From the NCBI GenBank assembly GCA_951406725.2, contig OX597817.1, positions 38,812,001 to 38,876,000 on the forward strand: DNA of 64,000 bases, written 5' to 3'. The notes beneath the pieces are model-generated. The model saw nothing but the letters and a program-made list of their open reading frames with translations, had not been told where the DNA came from and did not search any database. Below are positions 1-27,639 of the stretch, one piece after another. Position 1 is the stretch's first letter. Each line of letters opens with the position of its first letter. The translations under genes and the position numbers were made by a program. This DNA is from Octopus vulgaris (taxonomy: Eukaryota).

Positions 1-1088
<1,088 letters not shown>

Positions 1089-1096
1089 GTTATAAT

Positions 1097-1568
1097 AAAT
1101 GCCCTGATGCAGTAGCAGGCAGTGGCACTCATGGCTTCTGATCTTAACTGATTGGAAGTGTTATCATGTACATTGTTTTGTCTTGGTATAAAAGATGGGC
1201 TACAGCAAATATTCTGCTCATTACCACAGATTTGCTTGTCAGTTGTTTGACCTTAACCAGTTGAGCATGTGCTTTGGTGGCTGACGATATGTGCATCTCT
1301 GATCACGAACAGAAGTAGTGGGGGAGCATCATAGCCATGTGTTGAGAGGAATTATTTGGAGTTTGAATAATTCACCCCTGGAAACACGGGTGTTTTGCTC
1401 ACATCCTTAAACAACCCTTATTCAAGGATCATTTGAGCGAGATGGGCTACTCGACCTGAAGAAAATTCTAACTGGATTCCACCTGCAATGTCATGCGCAG
1501 ATTATCGTGATATAAGATTACCATGCCATCCACATATAGTTGTGATGCATGTGCCTGGTGTACCCTTA
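1097..1568 (+). mobile_element. Non-coding (AAT)n-associated interspersed element, 3'-truncated copy
   Basis: Colinear with the reverse complement of 13955-14512; same 5' start aaatgc(c/t)ctgatgcagta. Confidence 0.8.
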
Positions 1569-1962
1569 TTGCCTTGCTACAATACCAGTGAATGTAGGAG
1601 CTTTTAGAATGATCAAAAAAGGAACTGAAAATTATTTAAGAATGATCCCTGGCTCACCATCCTTGCAGGAAATGCAAAAGATTGCATTAACTGGTACGTC
1701 ACACGTATTGAGAAGAGCATTGTCGCTGTGAATTTCCTCCCACCCTTATTTTATTTGTTTACTTTTTATCTTGTATTTTTCATTTTCTCTCTATCTTCTC
1801 CTTTTCTCTATCACATGACTTTGTAAATGAACAATCTGGTGTGTTTATTTTAATAGCCTACCAATATATACAGTACGTTTCTCTGCCCAAAGTGTCAAGA
1901 AGACACTCGGCAAGAAATGGAAACAGAATTGGAAGAAAATACCAATGAAAATAAGAATAATA
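1569..1962 (+). mobile_element. R4/Dong-type 3' fragment (family C)
   Basis: TIPVNVGAFRMIKKGTENYLRMIPGSPSLQEMQKIALTGTSHVLRRALSL; 3' UTR similar to 14615-14790 (minus). Confidence 0.85.
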
Positions 1963-2399
1963 AAGGAAATTGGAATAGAGTGCCCAGTAGATCTGTTACT
2001 AAAGGTTTGCCTCATTGGCCAGAATAATCAAGAAAGTATTAGATAGCTGAAAAGAACGGATAGTATGGCACCGTAGGCTGTAGGTAGCTAGGTAGCAAGC
2101 GACAATTTACCCATCGCACACTGTGTCTGTCTGTATGTATGTATATATATATATATATATATTGTTATATTGTTATATTTCGGGATGGTCAGATTTTTTC
2201 TTCTTAAATAAACACATGCACTATATATGCGTTCTTCACTTGTTTATTATTGTTCTTATTTAACAAACAAGTGAAGAACGAATATACAGTGCGTGTGTTT
2301 ATTTGAGAAGAAAAAAAAATACTGTCCAGAAATATAATTCTATCTGTTTCAACACAAGATTTCACATCAGGAATCTAGCAAAACAAATACATAAACGTA

Positions 2400-2495
<96 letters not shown>

Positions 2496-5400
2496 ATGGA
2501 ATCTCCCATCAAAGAGACGTATGAGTGTTCAGTTTTTGTTTTTGCATTTTCTTTTGTTAGTTTTACTGACAGACCTGCTCAAATGATTTGTTTATGTTAG
2601 TGATTTATTGTATATGCTGTACATTAGCTCACTTCCTCCATCAAATTAACGTTTCCTGAACAGGTTCACTGTGTACTACACATCAGGTTTCGAAGTGATC
2701 GGAAAACTATGTGAGATAAAATGTTTTGCTGAAGAACACAGGAATTGAAGCTTCCAACTAGCGATCGTAAGTGCAACATACTAAGCACTAGGTCACGCGC
2801 CTTCACACACACACACATATATATATTCGTTTTGTTTTCTATCCGTAGGTTGGTACTGATCGGACAGACCGATAATGAAATAATTTCCAGTTGTGATCAC
2901 TACATCAAAAAAGAAAAAAAAAGTGTATCCAAGAATACCTTATCCTTTTCATAGTAGTAGGGTGCAACTGGAGGGATGTTTGACTACTATTTCTATCAGA
3001 TTGCACGATCACATAAAGGATGGCAGTTAGTTACAGACGCGTGAACTGGGGCTATTGAAGGCTAATTTTCTTGATTATAAAATTTGCATAGCACCCGTTA
3101 CAGAATATGGATTGCCAAGTTTTTTTTATTATTTTAATCAATTTTATTGCCTTAGTTACACATCATCCACAGATCTCAAGGTGGTACTAACTGAGATTCT
3201 TTTACCCGTTCATCAACAAGTTAAAGACTAAGACATACATTTAACGTAGTACGCTATGCAGTTACCAGCAATTATCGTGGCTGAGTTAATAGTATATTTA
3301 TAAAAGATTTATACAGCCTGCCGTCTTAAAAGTGGGTAATTGTAGTCTTAAACACACTTTTATCTTTTACCTGGACTGCAGCTATACTGGTGCACCATCT
3401 TGAAGAGTTTAGTCGAACAAATTGACCCCAGAACTAATTTTCTAATGACTGGTACATATTCTCACGTTTTTCTTTCACAGAGCTGCTTCTTAATCACACA
3501 CCCATGCCTGTGTCTACCCTATATTTGAAATAAAAAGTATTGGTCATGGTCGGAATTTATTTCATTATAAGTCCGTTCGATCAGAGCTGACTTATGGGTA
3601 CACGATAGGAACGAATATTTTGTGGCTTGCTGATAATAGCACATTTCCTTACAGAAGTATACAGATCTGGACAAACATAAGCCAGAATTTAATCATTAAT
3701 AAATTCATTAATTTATGTTTCAGCCATTACCTTATACTTTGGATAAGAAATCTTACTTTTTCATCATAGAGTGGGGAATATATGAGCGGAGAATGTCATA
3801 TCTGAAATTATGCTCCTCGAGATTAATTATCCTAAGGTTGATTTGGTGCTGAAGGGAAAATCTTGACTTGAAACAAGATAAACATGTGCACAAACATCTC
3901 GGCAGGTATTAGTAGAGGAATTTAATGTTTTTCTATAAGAAATTAGTAACAGCTTACTCAGGATCTATTAGACCATTGTTAGAATGTGTTAATCCTGAAC
4001 TAAGTTGGATGTTTTGTAAAGACCAAGAGGTGATCGTTAAAGAATTTTCAGTGTTGCTAATCACCAAATATAATTTGAAGCCCCTTGCTAGCCTGCTGTC
4101 TTGGGCTTAAAAATATTCTCAAAAGTATTATTAAAGAAAATTACAGCGAAAAATTCGATATTTTATCATTATATATTACATTTATATATTCCATCAATTT
4201 CTTATTCGATTTGTAAATATAGGCTATCAGGGGAGACTACTTGTGGCTTAATTTTAAAACAAAAGTATATTTTTTAAAAATAAATACACTATTTTAGCCC
4301 GCAGAAAAAAATTGAAGAAATTCATAAAACCACTGCTTTTTTTTCAATGTTACAACAATTCTAACAAAATTTAATTGTTTTAATCCCAATATAGGATCTC
4401 AGATCAAGTCACATGCCAAGCAAGGACGACTGAAAACAATAATTTGTGAGGTAATAAAAATACGGGTTTTTGAATCTAAGGGAAATAACTCTAATTGACA
4501 TTTGGTAGTTATCTCCCCATGTTAATATAAATTCAATGGAGTTATAAATACTCTTTATTTTGTGATGCATACCGCACAAAACAAGTATAATAACGCAACA
4601 GCAGCAGCAGCAGCAGCGACATCACTTTCTCTTTTAACTCTCTACTTCTTCCTCTCTTTCAACACCTCCTTTCAAAGCTCCTTCTTCCTCCTCTACTATT
4701 TAGTATTCCACTTTTTCTCCCCCTCCACACCACTTTCTCCTTCTCCTCCTCCTTCTCCTCCTCATCATCATTATCATCACCATCATCATCGTTATCATTA
4801 TTATCATCACCAACACGATCGTCGTCGCCGTCGTCATCTTCAACATCAATGTTATAAATGATAGTTATTATATAATAACGGATTATTAAAAACGTGGTAC
4901 CCATCGAACAGGAGACATTAGTTCATAACTAACTGAAGCAAATAGATTTGGGACCCTAGTCTAACGACCCTCCATGTTTGTTTTCGTTCGGTTTCCTTGT
5001 ATGTCTCCACCGTCCTGTTTTTGTTTCCAGCTTTGACCCTCCCTAAATCCAAAATTTTATTTTGGTATTTATGGGAGCAACTGTCTTCGAAGACTCACAT
5101 TGTCGTTGATTGCTCGAAATGGGGAGTAGAAATGGTCGTTCTTTATATCCTTTTTATTACTTGTCCTGTTTTCCATTTTTTCTCTCGTTGTTTACGTATT
5201 TAATTCATTTGTTTTCGTATCTTATGTTATTTACTGTTGGTGACGTCCTGTACCCATATATGCATATACATACATACATACATACATACATACATACATA
5301 CATGTATATGTATATATGTATGTATGTATGCAGGTAGGTAGGTAGGTAGGTAGGTAGGTAGGTAGGTAGGTAGGTAGGTATCTTGATTTCAAGTTTTGGT

Positions 5401-5504
5401 CAAGGTCAGCAGTTTTAGGGGAGGGGCAAAGTCGATTAAATCGACCACAGGGCTTATTTCACCGACCCCGAAAGGATGAAAGACAAAGTCAACCTTGGCG
5501 AAAT

Positions 5505-5563
<59 letters not shown>

Positions 5564-6102
5564 CTGTCTGTCTGTCTGTCTGTGCGTGTGTGCGCGTGCG
5601 CGCTGTGTAATCACATTGTTTGCAATCTCCACAGTTAAGGCTTTTAAATAAATAACTCTAAATTTATTTATGTATTTATATTATACATTATACATTTATA
5701 TTATATAATACATGTTATTCATATGATACATTGCAAATTAACACAAAAATAATTTGATCATTAAAACAACAGCAAACGTGCTTACCGACAGACTGAGAAC
5801 AACCACATTAAGCAATAAGCAATATCGTTGAATAAGAAATATCGTTAATACATTAAAATTTATATACATCAAACTATGTTACGTTGTGTGCGTCTGTGTG
5901 TGTGTGTGTGTGTGTGTGTGTCTGTGTGTCTGTGTGTCTGTCTGTGTCTGTGTGTGTGTGTGTGTGTTCATAATATCGCGTGTGTGCATGTCCATAATAT
6001 ATGCTAATCACTTTTTCTCTTCTAGTTCATAGTTTATTCACTTTACTAATTCTACTGGTTAGTTGAATCCATTTTCTTGCTCTCTGCTTTTGTACTTCAG
6101 GT

Positions 6103-17970
<11,868 letters not shown>

Positions 17971-20195
17971 CTTGTAAAATTTTCAGTTTACAACTAAGCT
18001 GATTTTTTTGTTTTCTTTCGCTTTTTCTTTTTTTTTTTTTCTTTTTTCAGTATCTGCGGAGAAGGTTTAATCTACGATCACAGTGAACGTTTGACTCCCG
18101 GAGAATCAATGCATTCGAAAGTATACTATGAAAATTATTTAAAGTTCTGCAGAAATATATTAGAGAAATTTTGATTGGTGAAAAGCTGGAAGAAACACTT
18201 TAAAACAACAAAACCACCCCACAAATACTCACTCGAGATATAAAATAACATATATGAACAAATATTTGCAAAGCTCTCTTTAAGAGTATATAAAAACCGC
18301 TTGACCGAGGGGAATAGGTGTGCTTACTGGTTTATTGATTTTTATCTTGAAAGGACTTGAAACAGCAGGTGTTATTATAATCGAAGAAGAAAGCTATCAT
18401 AACCAATAGCCCAGCTCTTTCATCATCATCCTTTCTATCTTACGCTCTTTGCTAATTACGAGAACAAGCTAATCATGATGTCACTCATTAGGCTGTCTAA
18501 TTATCAGTTTAACATTTTAAAATCCACTTTCTTTAGGGTTTAATTAGAAAAGAAGAACAGTGTTCTTTTTAATTATGTCACCAAAGCCTTACCGAGAAAC
18601 CTTGGTGTGACAGAAATTTGTTTAGATACCCAGATTGATTCAATTTATTTAATTTATAAAATCTGAAAAACATTATTATTAAAAAACATCATTTTTCTGT
18701 TTCATATGCAGTGTTGCAGAGGGATTTTTCTTCCCAATCTGACAGATTATCAATCACAAACAGATAATAATATTTCGACAAATTTCTTAGTCCAATTCCT
18801 CTATTTCTTTAGTAACATCTCTTATGTTGAATGATTTATTACTTCTAGCCATTATGAAAACGACCACAAAGAGACGAGTACTCTCCCGAGCTTTGTATTA
18901 TATCTACGACTTAAGAAATTTATGTGTTTAAAACTTCTGCGTGAATAAGTTGCCATCTTTCGACAGAAAAAATCGTGAGTTTATATTCTTTGACAAACCT
19001 CTCCTGCCTTACTTCCATTGGTTTGAGAAAGTAGCCTGATTACATAGATTACTGGGATCGAATTCCCACACATGAAAAATAGAGAAGAATTAAACATCAA
19101 AATTAAAGAAGTTAACTAAATTTTCAATAAATATGACTCAATGATTAGCAAAACATTAGTGTATTCCAATGAATCGTAGAGATTAAACTTTAGAAGCAAA
19201 CATGAACCAACCTCTAGTGATGTGTTGGACAAATCACACTTTATTGTTTTTTTTTTGTTTTTTTTTTAATGGAAATACACATTAAATAATGTAAGCTAGA
19301 GTACTCTGTGGTTAGAAATAAGACATGATGGTCTCAGCCGGAAGTCATTGTTCGATGATTTACTCAGTCATGGCTAACACAGGGTCAAATAATAACTACG
19401 CAGCGCAAATCGAATCAGCAAAATATCTTTGATATCTTTATCAGCATATCGACTTAGTCATGTTCAGGGACTGCATTTCCTTTATGTTCGGCATATTTTT
19501 CAACTAAATTAACCTTTTATTCGCTGAAGAGTTTCTGTTAAAGGTAAGTAGATACTTCCTAATGTACACAATTCGAATTAATTTGACATTAAACAGAGCA
19601 AAGCTAGTAGGGGTGGATAAATCTTTGTATATTTATTAAACACACACACACACACACTCAGTTTGCGTTTGTGCACCTTCTTTCTCATTTTCTCATTTAC
19701 TAATTTGCTGCTCTTTCTGCTCACTCTTTCCATCATTCTCATCTTAGTCATGAGTGACCTAGGTATTGTCACCTTACCTGAAGTAATGAAGTAACATATC
19801 AATCAGTCCTCAAACCAGACGGTTCTGTAATCTGCTCTCAGGCAGACATCATCTCTACATTAGTTGTTATCTCTGTCTCAGACTGCACTCGCACAACAAA
19901 TAAATTCATGGAATCTCCTTCTTAAGCCTACAATCTTTACCTTCTTTGCACTCATCCACCAGGTTGTTTGAAAAATTTATCGATCACTTAACTACTATAA
20001 AACAACTGTACCTGAAGAATTCCAACAAAAAAATTTCTAATGCTGACATGACCTACCGCCTTACCAAATATTTAAGCCCTTCTCTCTCTCTCTCCCCCCA
20101 CTCTATTTCCTCTCTTCCACTTTCCTTCTTTCCCCCTTTCTCTCCCTCCTTCTCTCCACTCCCTTTCTATCCAAGTGTACTTACCCCTTGATATA

Positions 20196-20234
<39 letters not shown>

Positions 20235-20849
20235 CGTGTCCTATACAGAAATCTTTGACCCTACAAATTACTACCCCATAACTTTCAGCATCTCTACAAA
20301 AATGGAAAACATCATAAACTAACGGGTTTTTTTCACTATTCTGAATCACTTTCCCTTCTCTGTGACCAACAGTACGGTGTCTTCAAAAAGATCCACAAGA
20401 GATCTCTTACCAATACTCCCTTGTCCTTTAATAGTGTCTAGAATGAGAAACGTGAAACAAAAGCAATCTACTCAACCTTTTTCTAATAATATGGATCGGA
20501 AGTTTTCTGCTATGCTGTTGCAGTGATAGAACACACAGGAAGAAAATGCAATTCTTCGATAGGCAAGTACTTTAAGAGTGTTCGCTTCTGAAGATTTCGT
20601 CATTAGCTGACGTGGTTTGGGAAAAACATCAAGAATGCAAGCGCATTAACGAACATATTATTTATCCAATCAGCGTTGTATGCGATACAAAGTGTAAATT
20701 AAACAGGCCACTGATTCTGACCGTAGGATATTTTATGTAAAACCAATGGCTGTAATTTCCTTTTGAAGACCACTAGCATCAATCTTTTTCAAGCAATGTT
20801 GCTACCGCACTCATATAGGATCAACATCAAATGCAATCTGCTTGTCATA

Positions 20850-21723
20850 CGAGGTCTGATCAATAAATATCCGGACTGTTGCCATAGTAACGGAGCTAAA
20901 GCACGCACAGTTAAGTCACTTGGCAAAGATTGACTTTGAACTCTGTTGTGCATGCACACCAAGTTTGAACATTCTAGCTCACTTCCGCTGTTAACAGCAG
21001 TGCTTTGAAGGAAGATGTGTAGCGTGTGATCGTCGCATTGACCATGACATAGAAAGTTGTCATGACGATACCTGCTCAGAGGCCAATGCAATGTTGCAGA
21101 AATTGTATGGAGAGGAGTATATGAGCCGCACACAAGTGTGCGAGTGGTTCAGACATTTCCAAGATGGCCGAAAAAATGACGATAGTGATGAGACCCACAA
21201 CCAACAGAACTGAGAAAAACACCGCAGATGTGCGTGCAGCTGTGAGAGGAAATCGTCGAATCCCTATCCGTGAGTTATTGGAGGATGTGCAGATTAGTTA
21301 CGGTTCAGTTCAGTCCATTATCACTTGAGATTTGGGTATGAGAAGCGTGTCTGGAAAGTTTCTGTGAAAACTGCTTTCAAAGAGATACTCGGGTTTCAGT
21401 TGCACATGATTTCTTTGATTGTGTAGAGAAGAATGAAGACTTTTTGAAGATTTTGCGTAGGTCTCTGAGCAGGTATCGCCAAGCTTTTGGCAAAATTTTA
21501 TGCAGATTTTCTGCTCAACTTTCTCTGTCATGGTCGATGCGACGAACATACGCTACACATCTAACTTCCAAGCATTGCTGTAAACAGCGGAAGTGAGCTA
21601 GAACGTTAAAACTTAGTGCGCCTTCGCAGCAGTTTAAGGTCAATCGGTGCCAAGCGGCTTAACTCTGCGTGCTTTAGCTTCGTTAGTATGGCAATAGTCC
21701 GGATACTTATTGATCAAACCACA
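20850..21723. mobile_element. mariner derivative built from two inverted 5' ends
   Basis: TA-flanked; more than 200 bp of inverted arms, each including the transposase start (MTEKVEQKICIKFCQKLGDTCSETY); internal HTH remnants (MSRTQVCEWFRHFQDGR). Confidence 0.85.
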
Positions 21724-21726
21724 TAT

Positions 21727-22108
21727 TTACTCTTTTACTTGTTTCAGTCATTTGACTGCGGCCATGCTGGAGCACCGCCTTGAATCGAGCAACTCGACCC
21801 CGGGACTTATTCTTTTGTAAGCCCAGTACTTATTCTATCGGTCTCTTTTTGCCGAACCGCTAAGTGACGGGGACGTAAACACACCAGCATTGGTTGTCAA
21901 GCAATGCTAGGGGAACAAACACAGACACACAAACACACACACACATATATATATATACGACAGGCTTCTTTCAGTTTCCGTCTACCAAATCCACTCACAA
22001 GGCATTGGTCGGCCCGGGGCTATAGCAGAAGACACTTGCCCAAGATGCCACGCAGTGGGACTGAACCCGGAACCATGTGTTTGGTTAGCAAGCTACTTAC
22101 CACACAGC
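21727..22108 (-). mobile_element. CORE-like SINE (same family)
   Basis: Near-identical reverse complement of 31425-31827. Confidence 0.88.
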
Positions 22109-24081
22109 GTGTATATTTGATTTAAATATTGGTACTAGAGCTGTTTGTCTGAACAAAGAAAATGAAGTTCAAAATATTATACCAAATGAGTGGGTATAAA
22201 TTGCTTCTTGAACCGAAATGACTATATTTGTAGTGAAAATATAATCAATGCGCCAAACTTTTAATGCTATTTCGGATGGCTGAAGAACACAAGTTCACTT
22301 AAGCTGAACTCGGAACTCAGTGACCTGTACCCAAATACCCTGAGACAGTTAGTGTAGCGCTCTACTGTACGTGCAAACTTCGTTGGTCTTAAATTATCTG
22401 GTAATTTTATAGCATCTGATGCTTCTTAAACTACTTCAATTCCAGAATTATTTCTGTTCTAAAGTGTGTCTGATAAAATACCTACATCACGATTCTTCAG
22501 TTGTGTAAATTATAATATGATCGAGTGTAAATATTCAACTGTTACAGTGAGCAGGATCTTCTCCATAGATTTGTAACAAATCTATGAAACACTGCAAGCC
22601 GTTGCCACTCAGCGTATTCCCACAACGCTTCTTACATAATCGTGTGAACACGCTTTGTTGAGGCGGATAAATCTATTTCTACGCTTAAACTTTATCGTAT
22701 CAGTCTTGTCAATATTTTATTGATATCAAGAGGATAGACAACTAGATCAATCTTTGCTGTATTTCAGCCACACAATTCTATGAAACTATCTTGATATTCT
22801 AATCTCAGCAGCACCTAAACGAATAATTGTTTATAAAGAATATAGTTCATGTATACATCTTACTGTGAATCTGTCATAGTATTTCTATCAAGAAGACTGG
22901 CTTTCCATTGCGTTCTTCGGGTAGACATGAAGGTGAAGAAAAATGAACTACGACTTGAAGAGAAGATGGACTCCCAAATTAAGTCTTGAATTAGTTTAAC
23001 TTGGCTCCACTCACCCGCTTTTGTAGACCTTCTTCCTCGTCTATAATGAAGAACTAAAACAGAACTTTAAAGCAATGTTTCACGTTTAAGAATTTTGTAA
23101 CAATTGTTTTTATGGTTGTTCAAACTCTACTTTTCTACGCTGAATCTCAGTTTGGAATTACATCTTTTCTCAATAAGGCTTGATTTTCTTGAGGTGCTGC
23201 GTTCATTTTTGTCTTTATTTAGCACATTAACATGACAAAAATATATTCATATTTGAACTCGGAACGTAAAGACAGACGAAATGCTGCAAAGCATTTTGCC
23301 TGGCGTGCTAACGATTCTACGAGCTCGCCGACTTAATAATAATACTTTCTACTATAGGCACAAGGCCTGAAATTTGGGGGAGGGGGATAGTCGATTACAT
23401 CGACTCCAGTGCACAACTGGTACTTATTTTATCGATCCGACAGGATGAAAGGTAAAGTCGGCCTCAGCAAAATTTGAACTCAGAACGTAACGACGGGCGA
23501 AATACCGCTTAGCATTTCGTCCAGCGCGCTAACGAATCTGCCAGCATGCACCCTTAACAATAACAATAATAATAATAATAATATATAAGAACCAGGTGTT
23601 ATCATTGTTGTGACGCAAAGAAAGTAAAAGGCTTTATTTTTGTTCTCCAATGTATTTGACTGAATGGGAAGTTGACAAATATAATATCATAATTTTTTTG
23701 TGGGGTCATACTAAAGACTTACTAAAGAAATATAAAAAAAACCCTTAGAAACACCTGAAGATCATTTCCGTAATAAAGCCGCCTGTCTCTATAAGTGAGA
23801 CGTATTCATCTGGTCAATACAGTTATTAAATATGGTTGCTAGTTAATAAAAAGCTCTTTGCCGCTGTATGGATCATGCCCTATAGAAATATTTCACAGTT
23901 CGGCACGATTCAATAATCTTTCTCTGAATACGATAATCAGTGAGAGGTTACTGCAGAAATGTTCTCGGTAAATTCCATTAGATTTTGCTTACACCAATTC
24001 TTTTCTTTTTATTTATTTAACCCCAAATCACGACACGAGCAGATTAATCCATTTCTGAGGTGTCCAATGAGATTAGTCAAC

Positions 24082-24144
<63 letters not shown>

Positions 24145-24245
24145 GCTGGTGCTGGTGCTGGTGGTGGTTGCGGCGGCGGCGGTGCTTTTGGTGGTATTAA
24201 TGATGCGGTGGTGGCGGTATTAATAGTAATAGTGGTGATTTGTGC

Positions 24246-24315
<70 letters not shown>

Positions 24316-25054
24316 GGTGGTGGTAGTAGTAGTAGTAGCAGCAGCAGCAGCAGCAGTAGTAGTTTTTCCCTGTGTCACATTGCAACTAAATGTTGAAGAA
24401 ATAAACTATCGCTTGCCAATTTGCAATTCACGGTTCAAAGATACGCAATTTTCCCATCATGCAATAGCGATCTCTCACCATTTTGTTGTATCTGCGGGAA
24501 GATTATTAAGTTTACTACGTTTTAAGTGAAAACCCCTGATTGGTATAGACTTTATAGTAAGCAGCAGATGACATGTAGCGGTTTAAAATTGAGCTCGCGA
24601 TGTTGAGCTCAGTCAGTTCGATTGGTAGGTCTGGAGACAGCAATGAGAACCAATCTGGTTTATTCTCCCCTTGATTCAATTAAAGAAAAACAGAACTCTT
24701 GTCCAAAGATCCGATAGGATATACACACAATTTGCGGGGAGCTAAACTCAAAACTTATATTTTCATTGCAAAGTTTTAACCATGACTTGAACGGGAAATA
24801 ATCATCTTAAAATCTTGAATGTCTGGATTTAGAGTTAACTGAAATATATGTAGAAATATGGTGGCAAAAATGACCAGAAAGGAAATAATTGATTGAAATA
24901 TAATAACTTAGTTACAGACATAAAAACCGAAATTAATACTGCTAAAGTATTCTATACAAGTCTAGTGATCGTTTATCTAGAAAACATAATATATAATCAT
25001 ATCCAAAATACCATGGTTTGTTACGCTGTATAAGCGAATGCTTGGAAAGATATG

Positions 25055-25436
25055 TATTCTTTTCTACTCTAGGTACAAGGCCTGAAATCGATTAGATCGA
25101 CCCCAGTACGCAACTGGTACTTAATTTATCGACCCCGAAAGGATGAAAGGCAAAGTCGACCTCGGCGGAATTTGAACTCAGAACGTAAAGACAGACGAAA
25201 TACCTATTTCTTTATTACCCACAAGGGGCTAAACATAGAGGGGACAAACAAGGACAGACATAGGTATTAAGTCGATTACATCGACCCCAGTGCATAGCTG
25301 GTACTTAATTTATCGACCCCGAAAGGATGAAAGGCAAAGTCGACCTCGGCGGAATTTGAACTCACAACGTAACGACAGACGAAATACGGCTACGCATTTC
25401 GCCCGGCGCGCTAACCTTTCTGCCAGCTCGCCGCCT
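25055..25436 (-). mobile_element. Meta-domain-like SINE with duplicated body
   Basis: Two body units; imperfect TSD ttggaaag(a/g)t(a/g)tgtatt. Confidence 0.85.
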
Positions 25437-26745
25437 TTGGAAAGGTGTGTATTGAAATACCAATAATGGTTTCTCGCGTAAATCTCGGCCTTGGTTAGTT
25501 TCTTTTTAATGGTGTAATTGAGTTGTATAGAACAGTGATGCACAAACTTTTGCAGGTAACCCACAAAATTCACACATAAAAAAAAAACTTCTCTCTCTCC
25601 CCTCTCCCTCTCTCACTCTCTGCTTAGCACGTCAAGTGCTGACCAATCAGAATTGTATGTTTCGTCCACTATCTTGCATATTAATTATTGTCGTACGTTT
25701 TTAAATCTAAATTACGAACTGATAAAAACAAATGTAGCAGTGCTTTTGAAAATTTTGAAATTCATACTTTCAACCAGTTTGGTTTCGGCTGACCAGATTA
25801 AATTACATACATAGATACATGTGCATATATATAAGCTGAAGTGAAAACAATATGATCTTTGTCTATCTCCTTGCCTTCTTGGAGGTCTTAGGTAAAATTA
25901 TACTAATGTGTCCATCTGTTTTAATTTAATTTAATTCTAAGTATTTATGCAGCTGAGGATTGCTCTGCATTTAAATTGATGTAATGGTTGCAGTGTTCAA
26001 TTAAATGGAGTCGCTTGAAACGATCGTACTGCATTACCTCTGGATATCCTGTTGCTTATTTTGATACACACACACACATATTTGATTAGTTGCCCATAAA
26101 TCAGAAAAAAAGCGAACACTAAAAGTGAAACTGTGTTCTACTTTTATAATACTGACCAATATATTCCTGGTTAAGTCATGTAAAAAAAACGATTCTTCGT
26201 AAATGAAGTCGCATGGGATATCTTTTTTCTGTATCGAGTCACCGACACTCCCAGGTTACTCTCACCATATTCTCACCAATGATTGACCCATTCGAACCCT
26301 GTAATCAACGACACTGTAGTTCACTAATTGCTTTGAAATATAAACATCAACAGCAGCATCAACATCTAACTATTAGTGAATGGTTTGGAATTAGTGTGGC
26401 GGTAGACCTCCTTAAACCAGACCCAGTATATTCTCATACATGTTTCATCATGTTATTTTCTTCCTGATTGTAAGTTTATAATTGAAGTTTATAATTGAAT
26501 GACCACAATTATGTTGACATGAGAATTCTCTCAGGCAAAATAGGACTAAAAGGGGGAGAGACTGTGAGAAAGAAAGAGAGTGCGATAAAGAATAAGAGAG
26601 ACAGGGAAACAGAGAGACAGAGAGGCAGAAAGACCAGCAGACTAAAAAGAGTAAGGAACCAATAAATAAGTAGACAGACATATAAAAAAAAAGCAAGTTG
26701 GGAGGTAGATAAAACAGAGATAAATACAGATAGGCGAGAAGATAG

Positions 26746-26777
<32 letters not shown>

Positions 26778-26879
26778 CAACTGTTCCATATTGCATTGAT
26801 ACGGTGACAAAAAAACTTTACAGTCTTTTTCTGGGAACAATTCTGGGTATGAATTTAATTAAAGAAAATCGATACTTAG

Positions 26880-27560
26880 ATATCAAAATTACACAGAACC
26901 CACCTCCGCAAGACTCAACAAACCAAGAACTTATGAAGTTAATTCACACAACTCACTATATAGTGTAAACGTGTCTCATAACATAGCTAGGTGTTTCCTA
27001 ACTCTGATAAGAAAGCATTTGCCCCACCATCCAAAGATTTTGCAAACATAGTTAAGATTAGTCGGAGTTGTCTAAACAACGAGGGACATATTTAAAGTCA
27101 TAACAAACTCGCAAAAGAAAAGAAAGAAACCCTGCATGAATGTAACTAGAAACATAGCTAAATTCCAGCTCAGGAACAAGTCTTCCTTGATTATAGAGGC
27201 GATGCGCAAGTGGACGGCGGTAAAAGGAAAACATAAATGAAAGTAAAATTATGGCACATCTAATAAAACATGTACGCACATACAAAGGGGCAAATAGCAG
27301 GGCAGGTTGACTAACGAGAAAATTTTATTGCGAGTAAAAATCGCGTAGGATTGTGAAAACTACACATGCACACCGACTAGAAGAAACGAACGGTCGAAAA
27401 GTGGCTGCATTCCCAAAAGCCAACAACAACATCAACTGCAGAAAATTCTGTCGCCATGTATGCGTGTCCTACAAATGTAACAACATGAAGACCCTGAAAC
27501 GGCTTCCGCGCACATATGTGCGCTCACACCTGGATGACAGCATTGAGATGGTCCTAGGGT
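26880..27560. mobile_element. Degenerate Penelope-like element fragments
   Basis: YSVNVSHNIARCFLTLIRKHLP (~26959) and FPK...VCVSYKCNNMK (~27410) resemble the PLE RT-to-GIY-YIG linker PPYS.NV.TNI...FL.LI.KHFP...VKVSYSC..NM. Confidence 0.55.
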
Positions 27561-27639
27561 GTAAAGATAGAGATCTCAAGATCTCAAATGAGTGCGCGCG
27601 TGTGTAGTGTGTGTGTGTGTGTGTATATGTAAATATATA

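Noticed and set aside
4960-5260. Penelope pLTR-like repeat with a hammerhead-shaped segment (also ctgacgaaggaaccgaaa at ~47698)
   Set aside because: Core boxes or stems are too degraded to call
19778-19990. Strong minus-strand donor CAG|GTAAG as a 5'-UTR exon of the secreted-protein gene
   Set aside because: Cannot be supported without transcripts; it overlaps what looks like a LINE remnant
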